A stretch of 64,000 bases of DNA from Octopus vulgaris (taxonomy: Eukaryota). Position numbers and translations under genes: made by a program. Where the stretch lies: NCBI GenBank assembly GCA_951406725.2, contig OX597834.1, forward strand, positions 620,001 through 684,000, given 5' to 3'. The notes beneath the pieces are model-generated. The model was not told where the DNA came from and made no database searches. It worked only from the letters and a program-made list of their open reading frames with translations. This document shows, piece by piece, positions 1-14,204 of the stretch (positions are counted from its first letter, which is position 1; each line of letters begins with the position of its first letter).

Positions 1-699
1 AATATTTTAAGATATATAAGGATATTAGGTTATGTAAACAAGGAAAAAAGCAAACGGTTCTGAAAATCGAAACAGGTTTACACAACTATAGTGCTGAAAT
101 TCAATAAGATCCTTTTAAAATCTAGAATCAAATTAAATTTACTCAGTTATGGAAATTAGTTTCAAACACAGCAAATAGATAATATAAAATCGATTATTAT
201 AATTTGACCTAAAGTCCTTCTTATGGAGTTAGAAAAACGTGAAATCATTGTCTTCCGTTTCTATTTTGGTTTGTGAGAGAATTTACACTTATCGTCCGTT
301 TCGTTTGACAGTTGAATCTATTTTGATGGAATTATCAAAAGATGATATCAGAATCTTTAGAAATGGCGCGGCTAGAGGTGGCACCGAATTCATGATTCAA
401 TTCAATTCACAGACAACAGTTGATCTCTTATTTCAGTTTTAATCCGTCCGAACTGCCCCAATCAACGATGATTCATTGACATATGGTGGCGTCTGTAACG
501 ATTATTACAAGTCAAGGACATATGGCAGACAGGAGACAGTTTTGAAATGAAATTCATTAGAATATTTAACCTTGACTATTTCCATGCCGAATTCTACTTT
601 GAACTGTATTTTGAGTCTACTTTGTCTTTCATCATTTCAGAAGAACAATATCAGCAGCAGAGTCTTATTTTATTTTAATTCATTAAACATCTTTAAACG

Positions 700-900
700 C
701 ACGGCATCGTCTGCTGCCAACACACACACACACACAATCTCACAATATATACAACGGGATTTGGCACAGCTTCTGCCTACCAAATTTGCAATGTATTGGT
801 CAGTTTGAGCTATATTAAAATCGTTCAAAGTGCTACGCGATTGGGTTCAACTCGAAACAAAATATTTGTGAAGCGAACTTATTAACGACATTCTTCTGCC
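700..900 (-). mobile_element. Degraded 5' half of tRNA-derived SINE family A
   Basis: Reverse complement resembles the head and body of the full copy at 19406-19824 (ttcgagttgaaccc B-box-like, tttggtaggcagaagctg). Confidence 0.5.
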
Positions 901-1149
901 TATTGTAGAAAATGCCAAATACCTTGAAGCTAAGTTAGTGACCAGCTCAGTAAAAGACAGAGAATGAAAGGCAATTAAATGGGGAGCATACCCTAAATAA
1001 TCATAAATTACCAAAATTGTAGAAGTTTTCCTTAACGGACAGTATTAAAACCAAACTCATTTTCGCAACAGTTGCCTTTGTTGCATGGTTACAACATATG
1101 ATAGGAAAAACTGCTAGATTGAATGCACAGCTGTCTGCTACGAATGGTT

Positions 1150-1900
1150 CTTCACATCATTTAGAGGAGAAGCATCGCCAATGTAGAACATCATGAAGGT
1201 TTACAGAAATTAACTGAAAAACGGTTTGCACTCAATAGGGCACCGTGATCAACAGGCTCAAGAAGAAGCTTGAAATATAATGCTATGGCGGCACCGCCAA
1301 ACCTTAGATAGATGAATTCATGTCAACGTGACATCGTCTTGAAGACCAGATCAAATATAAGTGTGGCGATGATCGATCAAGACATCCGGAAAAGAGATGT
1401 CTTCCGTGTTTGGCTGAAAGAATGGCTGAGATGAGAGCGAGATCGTCAATTTATTGGATATATTATCTCAACGAAATGGTGTTTCTAAGCAAAAATTAAC
1501 CACCAGTTTCCTATGTTAAACAACCATTAATCTGGTCAGGTTTATCAGTTGATGGATAATTAACGAGTTTATGTAATACAATAATCTCTGGTTGGTGTCA
1601 GTTGGTCTCATAAAACTCTCTTGAGATGAAAGTCTGGCTGCAAGCAGAGACAGAAAATTTCAACGTAAAAAGCATTCAATTATAATGCCATGTCGTAGCT
1701 TAATGCCATGCTGCAGGCCAGGGCAAACGCCTACGGGAAGTGAACAGAAGTATTGGGTTTCGATTTTCGACAGCAGATGTTTTTGAAATCAACTACATTT
1801 TATTTCTCTTGGATTGTATTTCCGTGTGTTTACCATCGTCAACATTTTGGAAAATTAATAATCTTGTGTGTCTATTTAGAAACAAATGGTGAAATTTAAC
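1150..1900 (+). mobile_element. Possible highly decayed Tc1/IS630-like transposase remnant
   Basis: Short peptide traces such as IWSGLSVDG and NEMVF with many stops; no TIR identified. Confidence 0.25.
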
Positions 1901-2167
1901 ATTTGATATTTTTGGGGCGAAAATATTCCTTAGTTTATGTTGAATGTAAATGTTATGTGGTGGTCCTTTTCCACTGTTAATTTTATAATATCTATTTTAT
2001 TTTTCTCTGTCATGACATGTACTCGAAAGTTACACTTTAAACAATTTCAACTATGAAAGGACATCGACGTCTTTAACATAATGAAACAATGTTAAAAAGA
2101 TGTTTGAAGAACATTTCAAAATCGTCAATTTCCATCCGTTCCCCACCCAGTATTCAAGCACATTCTA

Positions 2168-2509
2168 TAGGGTGGTCGTAAAGTCTTGTCAACCCCTACC
2201 GAGGAACACTATAATAATATCAAACACATGTACCAGAATATCCAATTGTTGAAGGACGCTGTTTTCGGTAGCCATTGCGACAATCACCAAAGCACAGCAT
2301 CGTAAAATATCGCAGAGGGCATGGCGCCGCATCATTTTGTGCCACGAAAATGATGGTGCTCATACAGACCTTCACGATGTGTGACAGAGTTAGCGTCAAT
2401 GAAAGGGAACATAGTAAAACCAGTCAAATATGTTTGATATTATTATATTGTTCCTCTATTGTTCTTATTACTTTTCGGTAGGGAGTGACAAGACTTTCGG
2501 ACCACCCTA
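2168..2509. mobile_element. MITE / non-autonomous DNA transposon with long imperfect TIRs
   Basis: Left end tagggtggtcgtaaagtcttgtcaacccctaccga pairs with right end tcggtagggagtgacaagactttcggaccacccta. Inner IR gaggaacactataataatatcaaaca / tgtttgatattattatattgttcctc. Flanks cacattcta / tacattcta. Confidence 0.85.
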
Positions 2510-3974
2510 TACATTCTATGAAATAGATTTTGTCGTAAAGAAACAAAGAAATTTGTGTTTATTCTTTTAGAATTACATTGCAATCTAAGTCACCAGGGTA
2601 GGAATAACTCCTCTAAAGTTTGAGCAATACAAGAAAATATTTCTCAAACTCAAAGCGTTAAAATTATGTAACTGGAAATTTTGTAAATTTACTTAATTTC
2701 AGTAGGTATCGGGGATATTGTGTAATTAAAGAGAATACAGCAATGATTGTTAGTGTTTATTGTCAGGACCCGCCTAGTTAAGTCGGTGGAGGATCTGAAG
2801 TGAATCAGACAAAATTCTTGCGATATTTTGTTATAGTCCTTTGCATTCTGAGTTCACCGAGGGTCAACTTTGCATTTCATTCGTCAGAGGCCGATAAACT
2901 ACTAGACATAGCTGTGTAGTTACGAAGTTCACTTTGTAATCATATGGTTCCGAGTTCGATCTCCCCGTATGGCAACTAAAGCGAATTAATTTTTGACATA
3001 GGTTCGCGTTGACCAATCCCGTAAAAGTGCTAAAGGTAGAATTTAACCCCAACCAATGTTCCTCACACAGTTTTAAATTATGGTATTTGATGATTCGTGG
3101 ATTATTGGAGGCGGAATCGAACTGAGTACATTTGCGGACCCAGTCCAGACACAGAATATGGAAACAGATTTTATATTTTCTTTCAGAATGATCTCGAATA
3201 ATTGCTATGGGTCTTAAATCCTTCGCTAAGTTTTCTATTTTCTATCAGCAGATAATCCTTTATCCTGATATTATGCAACATCGAGGATGATTCATATCTT
3301 GTTATAATGAAAACAACCACTAAAGCAGATATTTCCCCAAAGTTTAAAAAAATATTTGTTATTTAATTTCACCGACAAAAAGAAGGGAAAATGTTACTCG
3401 ATACTTTTGTTGCAACGGTTTTCTTGCATCCAGCTTCGTTTCAGGCGACTTTGTTGTACAATAATCTCGTCGTATTAAATTTCCGATATTCTTAACAAAT
3501 AACTGCTCGCCTTCGCCACCATCTCCAGCAATAAAAGTCTTACAAACTTGGAGAAGCAATCCAATGAAGAAAAGCACTCGACAAAATCAAAATTCTTATT
3601 CGATAAAAATATTGCGGAAAACGATTCCTTTAGTCATATATCAAAAACAATGCAGGAAAGAAAAAGAAAAGTTGTAGAGCGAGTGCAGCAACATAAAAAA
3701 GAAATATTGAAACAAAACAAAAACAAGCAAGGAATATTACAAGAATTGTTTGAAGATGGAATGTAAAATATATTTTGTCAATTGTTTCAGGAAAAGAGAA
3801 AAAAATTAATTATGAAGTAGTCATTGCTACAAGGAATGGTCTATTATTGGAATATATCTGAGTAGCTTGATGTCAGTGAAGAATGGTGAATAACCTTTAT
3901 AACAGTTTCCTATTAAGCCAGCTCTAAGATAAGTGTAGGCACGACTACCAAGTTAACACGTTTGTTTTGAAATT

Positions 3975-4210
3975 TTATGGTTTTGGGTTTAATCCCATAG
4001 ATTGACACCTTGGGCAAGGATCTTTTACGTTACCCTTCCATGAACCAAAGTCTTCTGAGTGAAGTTTCTGACACAGAAACCTTCTGAAAACCCGATGGAG
4101 CAACAGTGTATGTTTAGAGGTGATCGGATCGATCTCTAATATCCCCAAATTTAGTAGAGTCCCGTTTGTGGCAGACATTTAGACTAGGTTACTAGTTTAT
4201 GCAACGTTCT
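3975..4210 (-). mobile_element. Decayed L1/Tx1-type ORF2 C-terminal (zf-RVT-like) remnant
   Basis: Peptide ...VFRRFL...DPCPRCQ resembles the clearer fragment at 12856-13170. Confidence 0.35.
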
Positions 4211-5180
4211 TCCCTCCCCTTCGAAGTCACTGTAGAGGGGCACGGGCACAGCCCTTACTTTTCTGACCGAGCGATGAAACAGAATTGATATCGCAACTAA
4301 AGGCTTGTGTGATATGTTGAATATATCTGTTCAGTTTATTAACATTGAACCAAGACGACTCTTGCAATTCTCCAACCTGAATTGACACTCTGAATTTTGA
4401 TCACGGCACGATTTGATCTCAGAGTATAGAGAGTTGGAACAAAAGCACAATAAATTTTACTCTCTACTCACTATCTTACATATATTTAAGTACAGTTTTT
4501 AAGATCAACAGATGCAATGATATACGTCTGGGGTAGAGGATAACGTTTCACTGAGTTGAAACAGATATCTCGAAGTTTTACATTACAAAATAAAGAAATT
4601 TCTTACTACGACATAAAATATGCTTTAATAAATATCTAGAACATCTGCTGGCATCTTGGAAAAGGACTTCTACACGGCTGCTCAACTTGCTAGAAATAAT
4701 AGTCAAATCTGCCATAATTCACAATGTAAGGCTTTTACAGAAAAGAAGGAAAGGTCATTGGACTATGAAGTTCTTCGATCCTTGTGTGCAGCGATACACT
4801 GATAAATAAAGCAAGACTGTCATGCTTGGAACGCCTTAGCTAATCTACTACTACTAGTTAATGTTACAAAAGAAATTAGGGAAGTAGTAAGATGTTGTGG
4901 AGGCTACAGTTTATTCATCCGGTTTATGGACATGTGACTTTTTTATGGTTTACTGAGACAAGGAGGAACAGTAGCAGCTATTGTAGTTTTAAGGGACTCA
5001 GTTGCAGGAAGCATCAGACTGGAAACCTAAATCTAATACATACAACAGACTGGATTCCGCTAAGGGTATTCAGAGGTCTGAAAGCGGTGTCAAACCAGGA
5101 GAAAGATTAAGTGTACAAGAACGATACCCCAACTACAAGGCTTCTACAGAGTCCAGGGCGCAATATTAATTAATGAATTT

Positions 5181-5385
5181 AAGGCGGGGCGTTTGCATGC
5201 CGGTCAAAATGCGTAGCGGCATTTTGTCCGTCTCTACGTTGTGCTTTCTAATTCCAGCGAGGTTGACTTTGCCTTTTATCCTTTCGATTCGATAAAATAA
5301 GTTCTAGTTGAACACAGAGTTTGATGTAATCGACTTATCGCACATCTAAAATTACTGGCCTTGTGCCTAAACTTGAAGCCAATAT
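5181..5385 (+). mobile_element. tRNA-derived SINE family B
   Basis: aaggcgg head, gaggttgactttgccttttatcctttcg core, ggccttgtgcc tail. Confidence 0.8.
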
Positions 5386-6180
5386 TAATAAATGACCAGG
5401 GAACAGGAATCATATAATCAACTTCATTATTTTACACCGTTTTCTGCAATAAAAAAGTGCAGATCTTATATATTTAAAGAGAAACGTACATTTCCTGTAT
5501 TATATCTTTTGGACCATCTGTAATTCAACGTATACTGTGGCGTAAAATCAACCTGAATTTATTTCTGACTAATGCCAATAATGTAAAGTGATAGTAAAAG
5601 TACTTTCCAGTGTCTAGGAGTGCAGAGAGCTTTTATAATAACGCCACATGTTACTATTGACTATGTTCTAAGCAGTTTGATCGATTATTATCTCAGACTC
5701 ACTGAAACAGGGCTAAGTCATAAAAATGTACAGTTTACACTAAGTATTGGCAAGTATGCCTATTATGTCTAAAGCTTGTAACATTCACTCTGTAATTTAC
5801 ATAGAATGTGAAGTAGCAAGATGTAAATCAAACTAGAAAGGAGACAAGGAGAGAAAAAAGATTGAAGTTTGTAGGTTACGGAGCCGAGAGTAGAGTCAAC
5901 GTTGGTAGAGAAGTAAAGACAACATTAATGGAATAAATCTTAGGTTAGTATCAATTATGTGTAATTATTTTGTATTCCATGGAAGGATGAAAGTCCACAC
6001 CATCAATCAGGCCTTCATTTGAAACTCTGAACGCAGAAATACGATAATAAATACTGGAAGATATTTAATCCATCATTCCTCAATATTTGTCGTCTAACAT
6101 CCATTCGAAGCTATTTCAGTTTATAAAACAAACACATTTTGATCGGAAATAATTGCTGTCTTGGACCCCTGCTTCGGAGC

Positions 6181-6214
<34 letters not shown>

Positions 6215-6218
<4 letters not shown>

Positions 6219-6395
6219 TCCTTCATTCCTTATTAAATTCTTAATTTCAGGGGAAGGAAAAGAAGCAGAGGGGATTAGATAAACCCCACAGCTCGATTGG
6301 TTCTTTATATTATCGATCCCTGGAGGAATGAAAATAAACTTGATGTTAGAAGGATTTGAACACACTGGCAGAATGATTAGAGCGTCGGACAATGC
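6215..6395 (-). mobile_element. SINE family B, degraded
   Basis: Reverse complement of the family B core (cgatccctggaggaatgaaa, atttgaacac). Confidence 0.6.
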
Positions 6396-6429
6396 CTCAG
6401 AATTTTCAATTATTACACAACATGATAAT

Positions 6430-6790
6430 TTGACCCGCTAGAAATAGCAGCCGTATCTCCCTCCAAGCACACCTCAATGACTCACAAAACGGCATTTTGG
6501 GTAATGTGAGTTTGTATTTTATTTACAATGGAAAAAGGAGACAGGGGGGGGGTCATGGCTGAAGTGTCTTTGATCCTGTTTGCTGGATCAGCGGTGACCT
6601 ACAACCAAACAACTGATTGAAATAGTAGCCAAACTTCCCTCAAATCAAACACAACATTCTCAGAAAGTAACAACACAATGGAGAGTATTTACTCCAAGAT
6701 TCTCACAATAGAATGGAAGTCATGGTTGGAACGCTGTTGATCATGAATCTACTCAATTATTAGCGACCTAGAGCTAAATGCAAAAAAAAA
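6430..6790 (+). repeat. Two tandem copies of a dispersed repeat (gctagaaatagcagcc...ggtcatggctg...tttgatc...gacct tail)
   Basis: Same motif chain recurs near 4680-4850, 16960-17290, 27040-27120 and 49835-49960. Confidence 0.6.
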
Positions 6791-8095
6791 AAGAAGAAAA
6801 AATAACAGCAACAGTTAACAATCAATGTGTATTATTAAAATATAGAGAATACAATCTTATCTGAACTTAGAACCCAGATTAAAGAAAATTAAGAATATTT
6901 TGGCGATGCTTATTTCTACGAGTTTCCAAAACACGTTCGTTTTTCACACCGGTATTTACTGCTTTCAATTATCTGTTTGTTGACATTTTGGCTTTACAAG
7001 TGCAAACTTATATCTGCATATTTTCTATAACACTTTCTGCGACATTGTTCTGTTGACTCTGCATGGTTTATGTAAAACATAGGCTTTACAGTTGAAAACA
7101 TTTATATAAACTTTGACTTGACTGAGAACTTGGAATTTTAAATTTGAACTCTCTATGTCTGAATATTGCTCTATGTTAACTTAATTATTATTGAATTATT
7201 CCACCAACAAAATCTGAAGAGGCCCATATTTGACTGGATGTCGGAAATAAAAGACAAATTGTATACAATTCATTACTTTTGATATCCTTATAAAGAACTT
7301 TTTCACATACCTGCATTTGGTCACCCCTCTCCATAATTAGAACAGGCATGGTTCTAATTTAACAGCTACCAATCAGTTAACAACTATAAACCCCAAAACA
7401 GATACTTGTCTCTGATTAAACAGGCATTTTTCAAATTAAATATTTTTCTGATTAAACAAGCGTTTGTTAAATGAAGCACATTTTCCCTCGATCGCATTGC
7501 ACGTTTTTTACAAACTCATTAAGGATTTCTCACTGTTAGCAAATATCTTAAATCATTTGTTGCATTCCCTGTTGAATTCTGCATTATTCTAAGCCCACAA
7601 CTACAAACTCCACACCATGGTATTATACTACCATAAGATCGAAAGAGGTAGCTTTTCTGTTGGTAGGAATGAACAGGAAAACTATTTGTAATCTATTATT
7701 GTTGCGTGTGATATGGAGTTTCCATGGGAGACCGTCATGGGGCTTCCCTTTCGCCTGACTTCAGCTATTGTTTTTATAAGACACGATATTGTCGGCTGCA
7801 GACAAACAAATTTACTAGGCTTAGCTGGTCACTAGATACGGACAAGTTTGAATATATCTCACTGTTATTACAAAGCGAGGGAAGAAATATCACAAAGCAT
7901 CTTCTCAAACTCAAATTTGTATATATCTATTTAACTATATGTTAATAGATGGCGTTGATAACTACTAAATTTACATCACTGTATGTTATATAGAACAATA
8001 TAATTGTATTACTATATACCTAGTCTAATATATAAAAAATATATACACTTATACATACGTAGATATAATACTATAGCCATGTCACTATATAATTG

Positions 8096-8134
<39 letters not shown>

Positions 8135-8929
8135 ACTATTTTATATAAAATAATACAATCGTAAGTTTGTAACTTGTAATAAGTCACTTGCTGTGAAATA
8201 CAGACAATTCACGCGAAGCCTCATAAATAAAATGTCAATTTAGCTAAAAGCACATCCACCACTAAAATTGCTATTTTATCTCTAAAAAAGAATACAGAAA
8301 TTGAGTAAACCGGAGGTGGTCTACGTCGGCAATGATTATATAAAAATGTTCCTGAGGTTCGATAATTTTGTAATATGGAAAAGTATATTGGATACTGAAT
8401 TTAAAAAAGTGAAATTCTCTCTTTGTCAGAGATAGAGGGCAGCTCTTCCCTAAGCTTCAGATCCCTAATCTCATGATATACTGTCTTACTTTTTCTCTCA
8501 GATTAAGCGGCAATCCCTTAAATCCCTCAGCTTCTTCGAATACTCACAGCATCCAAGCTTATTCAACTCAACAACTTTGCTATAATGTACCATCTAGCTT
8601 TTACGCATTTAGAGTAGATTTTGTCCGGTGTATGAGTGGGGGGGATATATATTTAGATTTATATAGAACATGGTTTGGAAGTAATTAAAAATAATATAAA
8701 TTGCAGTTTATATGTTAGCAGGAAGGTTGTGAATTAAGATTTGAATTATTAAGCAATACATGACAGGTTTCAATATTGATTTCAGCAACGTATTACAGAT
8801 GTTTATGAATAGAAATTCATTTCGAATGCTACACACTTCCAGTAGATAATTTTGTTATGTGAGAATGGTGAAAATGGACGTTAATTTTTACAGAAGTTGC
8901 AGGAATGAGTTACTGCTTTTGGCGGTTGT

Positions 8930-9400
8930 TTAGTTAAGCACATGCCTTATATTGGGACCAGCTGAGGAGTTTTGTTCGAAACAGATATTATATTGATACA
9001 AAGGAGGTTCTAGGTGTGTAACTCTATGGTAAATAAGTTGAAAAATGACTTTTGGCTTCAAGTTACGAATCCATTCATTGTTCCATGTCCACGTGACTCG
9101 TTGAATTTCGTTTAGTCCACGCAACGACACGAAAATGGTTTGAATTGGGAAACTTGACTGAAACTGTGTTGTAACTGCTATGAAACTCCTCTTCTGTCTC
9201 CAACGACTGCAGTGCTAGTCTGTAGAATAAGGTAGGTGTACCAAATCATGACCAGTAAATCGGCCCGCAACAACTGTTTGTTGCTGTCATATGAAGTGGT
9301 TAACTGAGAACCGTTGAGATCGGCTCTGTGTAGAACTGAAGTAAATTCTTTTGGAAAGGGAGCTATCAATGAAAACTGCTCTGAGAAATGCAAGAACGTG
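8930..9400 (-). mobile_element. Possible decayed mariner transposase remnant
   Basis: Traces resembling WVPHEL/VTxDEKW (GLNEIQRVTW..NEWI) and HPPYSPDLAP (HLPYSTD*), but rearranged. Confidence 0.3.
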
Positions 9401-10578
9401 CCTTTCCTTTATAATAGCGTATTTCGGGAAGAATTCGTTGTTTACCTTAGTACATCCGTCATCTTATTTTGGCTTCTATGGTGGTACTATTAAGATGTGT
9501 TCCATCCACAATAAGGATGGTTCAATCCTCGTCGTCAGACCACTGTCGATAAAGCAATTTTCATGTTAATAGAGACAGTTTCGGTGACATCACTTTCTCT
9601 AAAAAATGTTAGGCTCTAACTTTGTACCTCGCCATATAAATAAGATGGTCGGCGTCACACTGCTGCTGGTTCTGCTCACAGTGAGTCGGCATTGGTGTTA
9701 TTGAATCACCATAATCTGCAAATCAAAATGTGTGACTGCTAGTTCATATCACCGACACACCAAGAATTATTGTATTTTTCTTGGTCAAAAATAAGTCGCA
9801 AAGTTCCTGCATATACAACCACATACACACATACACTACACATATACACAAACGCACACATACATTACACACATGGTAAATGATCGATATTTTCTATTTC
9901 ATATTGATTTCTTACTGCCCTGTTCCTGTGATCGATAACTTAAGTACACATTGATATGTTCTGAACAACTACCTAGACTATTCCCTGTTAATTAAGGCCA
10001 TTCATATAAAACCTTTCAATTAAGATATTTTAATTAAGACCCCCTTAATTAAAACTGATCAATTAAGACTTATTGATACAAATTCTACATAAAATGTAAT
10101 GAAGACAAACATCAAATTTTGTCGTTCATATTTTGCTGCCGCAGTCAGTTTGTAAATGGTTGAGAGGATACATCAAGCACCCATCCCCCACTGTCTTGAA
10201 GGGCTTCTAAAGGGTACAGTTAGCGTCCCTTCTACCAAACAAAACTGATAAAAACAATCATACACACTATCTTGGAGGAACCGCATATGTCACTAATTAA
10301 AGAACTGAATTCCACTCAATATTGATTCCAAACCGTTATTGATAGCAATTGGTTCGGGATTGTCTGATTTTCTCTCACGATTCAATATAATGCCTTGACA
10401 GAAATGCTAAAGCGTCGGAGAAATCATCTTTTGGTATTCACCTATGGCCCTTTTCCCGCTGAGTTCTAATCTATATTATAACCCAATAAGGAAGCAGCGG
10501 ACAGTCTTGGAGACCTAGAATCTATCTCATAACAAATATTTGTATGTGATACAAAATATTTAATTATACCTGCCTTCT

Positions 10579-10637
<59 letters not shown>

Positions 10638-11579
10638 CACAAAGCTTTGGAAAGCTAAGTAACCTATTTCTTTTTAAGATTTTAAAATCTTAAAATTTTA
10701 AATATTTTAATGAGTCTTATTGTATTATTTTGTATACTATATAAATACTGATTGTTATGTAATGATTTAGCTGTTGAAGTTATGTATATAATTATATAAT
10801 TATTAGATTTTAATTCTACGTTTATTTGTAAGATTTTACTTAGCCAAAGAGATATATAGATCGTTAATAGTTATACGATTTTTTAAAGTTAGGTTTGTGG
10901 TTTTAATTTGATTTAAATTTTTTTTTAATGTATCTCATAATTTTGATTGTATAATGCCCTACTGTGAAATTTGGCAGACGGAAACCGTGTAGCATCCCTG
11001 CGGCTTGGTTAGAAGAATTAAATCATCGTCTGGTCTTTGGATGGCCTTAATGTAACTCACTCTGCTGTAAGGTTCCAGGCCAGAATTTGAATCTAAGAAT
11101 AAATCTCCTTCCTCCTCCTACCAGTCTTAAAGACACCCCCCCAGCCAAAAAAGGTCAATGACGTTGCCATTCCCCCCTCTGATTAAGTCACAAACATTCT
11201 TTTAAAGATTCCGACTTCAACTCCTTGTTGCGGTCAGTGTTTTCAGTGGTCTAGTCGATGTTGTTGTTGGTGGTGGTGATGGTGCTGAGAGAGAAGGAAA
11301 ACCAATCCACATCAATGCAATTGTTTAAAAAAAATTAAACTCGTTCTGCAGGAGCAACCATAGAAAATATAATTTTGTAAAAGCTTTAACCGGGAAATGC
11401 TTTCGAGAATAGAACTGAAGAAATATATTATAGTAGAGAGTACCTTTAAGAAAAACAACGAAATGTGTATGATTGGCGACTGTCTGTTTCGCGATGGAAT
11501 CGTTCGGTTTCAAGGCACGGTGTCCGTCAAGTCATTTACTACACCAGTAGGAATCTGATACTACAGAAATAGTCATGGA

Positions 11580-11720
11580 TTTCCGTCGTATGACGACGAG
11601 AATTAAGTTGTTTGATTATCTGAATTACCTACTCCTGAATTAAGTGATTTAGTATTCCACAAACAGTTGTGCCTTTAACGTAAGCTTCCGATAGGGTCAG
11701 CGTAGCACAGAGTGTGACAA
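11580..11720 (-). mobile_element. 3' part of SINE family C
   Basis: Reverse complement similar to the tail of the SINE at 36122-36368. Confidence 0.5.
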
Positions 11721-12124
11721 TGCTGCAGAGTTCGAATTTTGGGTACAAACCGGCTGATGAGTTTCAATGCAGTTTCCATCAATCCGATTTCATAAGGCAT
11801 GAATTTTTTCAACTGTTCCTCCACTGAATGTCAACGAGAGAAACTGAATCTGGCAGAAATACACGTTTCTTTCCAAGTTTAAAGTTTTGTTAATAATAAA
11901 CCGTTGAATGTTTGCATTAGATTTCACCCTCGATTTAATGAGTCGACTATAATTTCTTGCTTCTTCACCGAATCCTTGTTCTCTCATCTCTAAACATTTT
12001 AATCTTTACTGTACATTGTAAGTTGCATCATCGGGACTCGTATCTGGTTCCCGAGTTTAAGCTCGTATCTGTCACACGGCAGTGCTATCACTATAACAAC
12101 AAAAACTGTACTACTACTATTAAA

Positions 12125-12326
12125 AATTTCAAATTTTAGCTCAAGGCCTGCAAATTCGGAGGAGGGAGGCTACTTAATTACAACAACCCCACTACTTGAC
12201 TGGTGCTTATTACATCGACCCAGAAAGGATGAAAGGCAAAATGAATCTCTGCGGAATTTGAACTCAGAACGTAAAAGCAGTCGAAATACCGCTAAGCGTT
12301 TTGTCCGGTGTGCTAACGATTCCGCC
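12125..12326 (-). mobile_element. SINE family B
   Basis: cgacccagaaaggatgaaaggcaaa...ggaatttgaactcagaacg...gctaacgattccgcca. Confidence 0.85.
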
Positions 12327-12415
12327 AATAATAATACTGGATTCATGATTTCAACTAACCTCCCCACTCCTCAGAATTACTGACCTTCTACCAAAATTTC
12401 ATACCATTATCAAGA

Positions 12416-12852
12416 TCTTTCCAAGTGCAGTGAATTGGCCGAATTGTTAGAGCGTCGCAAAAAAAGACGTGACTTTACTGCTGCTCTTTATATTCTGAGT
12501 TCAAATTCTCCCGGTATCGTCTTTGCCTTTCATTTTTTCGAGGTCGATGAAGTCTACTTGTTGAGTATTGGGGGCTGATGTAATCAACTAGTCCCAACAC
12601 CCCACAAAATTTCCGGCCTTGTGTCTATAGTAAGGATTATTATTATTATTAAGGCGGTGATGTGGCAGAATCGTTAGCACGCCGGACTAAGTGATTAACG
12701 GCAAACGTTCTGAGTTCAAATTCCGCCGAGGTCGACTTTGCCTTTCATCCTTTTGGGGTCAATAAATTAAGTACCAGTCAAGTACTGGGATCCATGTGAT
12801 AAACTATCCTGCTTCCCTAAAATTTCAGGCCTTGTGCAAATTTATAGAGAAT
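12416..12852 (+). mobile_element. Tandem dimer of SINE family B (junction in ATT tail near 12650)
   Basis: Two consecutive head-core-tail units separated by (att)n. Confidence 0.85.
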
Positions 12853-12855
12853 TAG

Positions 12856-13170
12856 TGGTGGGGAAGTGCGACGACGTTCTTGGGGCGCCGACGAGATCGA
12901 ACTGGCTCGTCTGTTCCGGAGGACTTTCCGGCCGGGAACTATCATGGATGATTTTCAGATGTTCTTGGCCTAGCAGTGCTACCGAGGGGTGTGCTACAGA
13001 TTTGAGATAAACTCTACAGGTATGGATGTTCTGTCAGACGGACTTGTCCGAGGTGCACGCAGAGTGGCAAAACCGTATGGTGCACGCCCTCGTTCAGCGT
13101 CCGGCCATCGCTAACTCGTGGGGTTATGTTGAACAGCTGCTGTCATGTGCGGGATAGATCTGTCTGTTGG
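12856..13170 (+). mobile_element. L1/Tx1-clade LINE ORF2 C-terminal fragment (pseudogenised)
   Basis: Frameshifted translation ELARLFRRTF...QCYRG...DKLYRYG...TCPRC...HALVQRPAIANSWGYVEQLL fits the C-terminal CxxC...HA...W region of L1/Tx1 ORF2. Confidence 0.7.
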
Positions 13171-13489
13171 TCGTGTCTGTAGGTGACAAATTGGTAGAAT
13201 CGTTAGCGATTTGGACAAAATGCTTAGCGGTATTTCTTCCGGCTCTTTACGTTTTGGGTTCGAATTGCACCGAGGTCATATTTGCAATATCCTAATAACG
13301 TATAAGTGGTTAATCAACTACATACCATAGTAGGTATTTCGGGTTTTCTTTTTAAACACTTTCAGAACATTTTCACTGCTTAGAAACAATAAGGGTTCGT
13401 TCTTTATTGTTACTAACAGCAGAGGGCGCTTCAGTGACAGAAATTGTAGAGAGTTACACTTAATTCATTGCCATGTTTTATTTATTCTT

Positions 13490-13640
13490 TTTATTCTTTT
13501 ATTTATTTCACTCGCTGAGCCGAGGTCATGTTGGGACACGAACTTGAAGGGTCTTAGTAGATGATACCGACCTTGTACTTATTTCATCCTGGTGCTCATT
13601 GTAATTGACTTTCTTCTATCGAACCGCTAAGTTACGACTC
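13490..13640 (-). mobile_element. SINE family A 3' half, degraded
   Basis: cgaaccgctaagttacg and 3' tail similarity. Confidence 0.55.
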
Positions 13641-14129
13641 ACAACATAACGCAATAGATACAGAATACTGATGAATCGGCGAGAATATAAACATAAATAC
13701 GAACGAACAAATGCACATACTCACACAATACACTCGACACGATTAGAATAGAAGATAGGACTCAATACTTGTGTAGCGGAGCAATGTTTTGCCTTTCAAA
13801 CAGTTGAAATTTTCACAGTGACTGGTTGTTTGGTACTGTACGGAAATTTTGGGATACTGCAGGGAAGGTTCCCACCCTACGAGACAGGGCTTTTAGTCAT
13901 TATAAGACATTGAACTTGCCAATACCTACAATTATGTGGAGGTGACAGGGGGCGCGTGTGCATCTACGTAAATGTATTTATGATATATTGATTTGATTGG
14001 GATTGCAAATTTCGCCTTTAACGAGCATGTTAACTGGATGAATAAGACGTTAATGGCGGATCTTAAAAATCCAAATCAATGTAGACAACAATAACCTTTA
14101 CTGATCAACGATACCAAATTATATGTACA

Positions 14130-14153
14130 TGCACGCACGCACGCACGCACACA

Positions 14154-14204
<51 letters not shown>

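Noticed and set aside
3548-3766. Lys-rich ORF with ERVQQH, resembling a GIY-YIG helix
   Set aside because: No GIY/YIG motifs found; too weak to call
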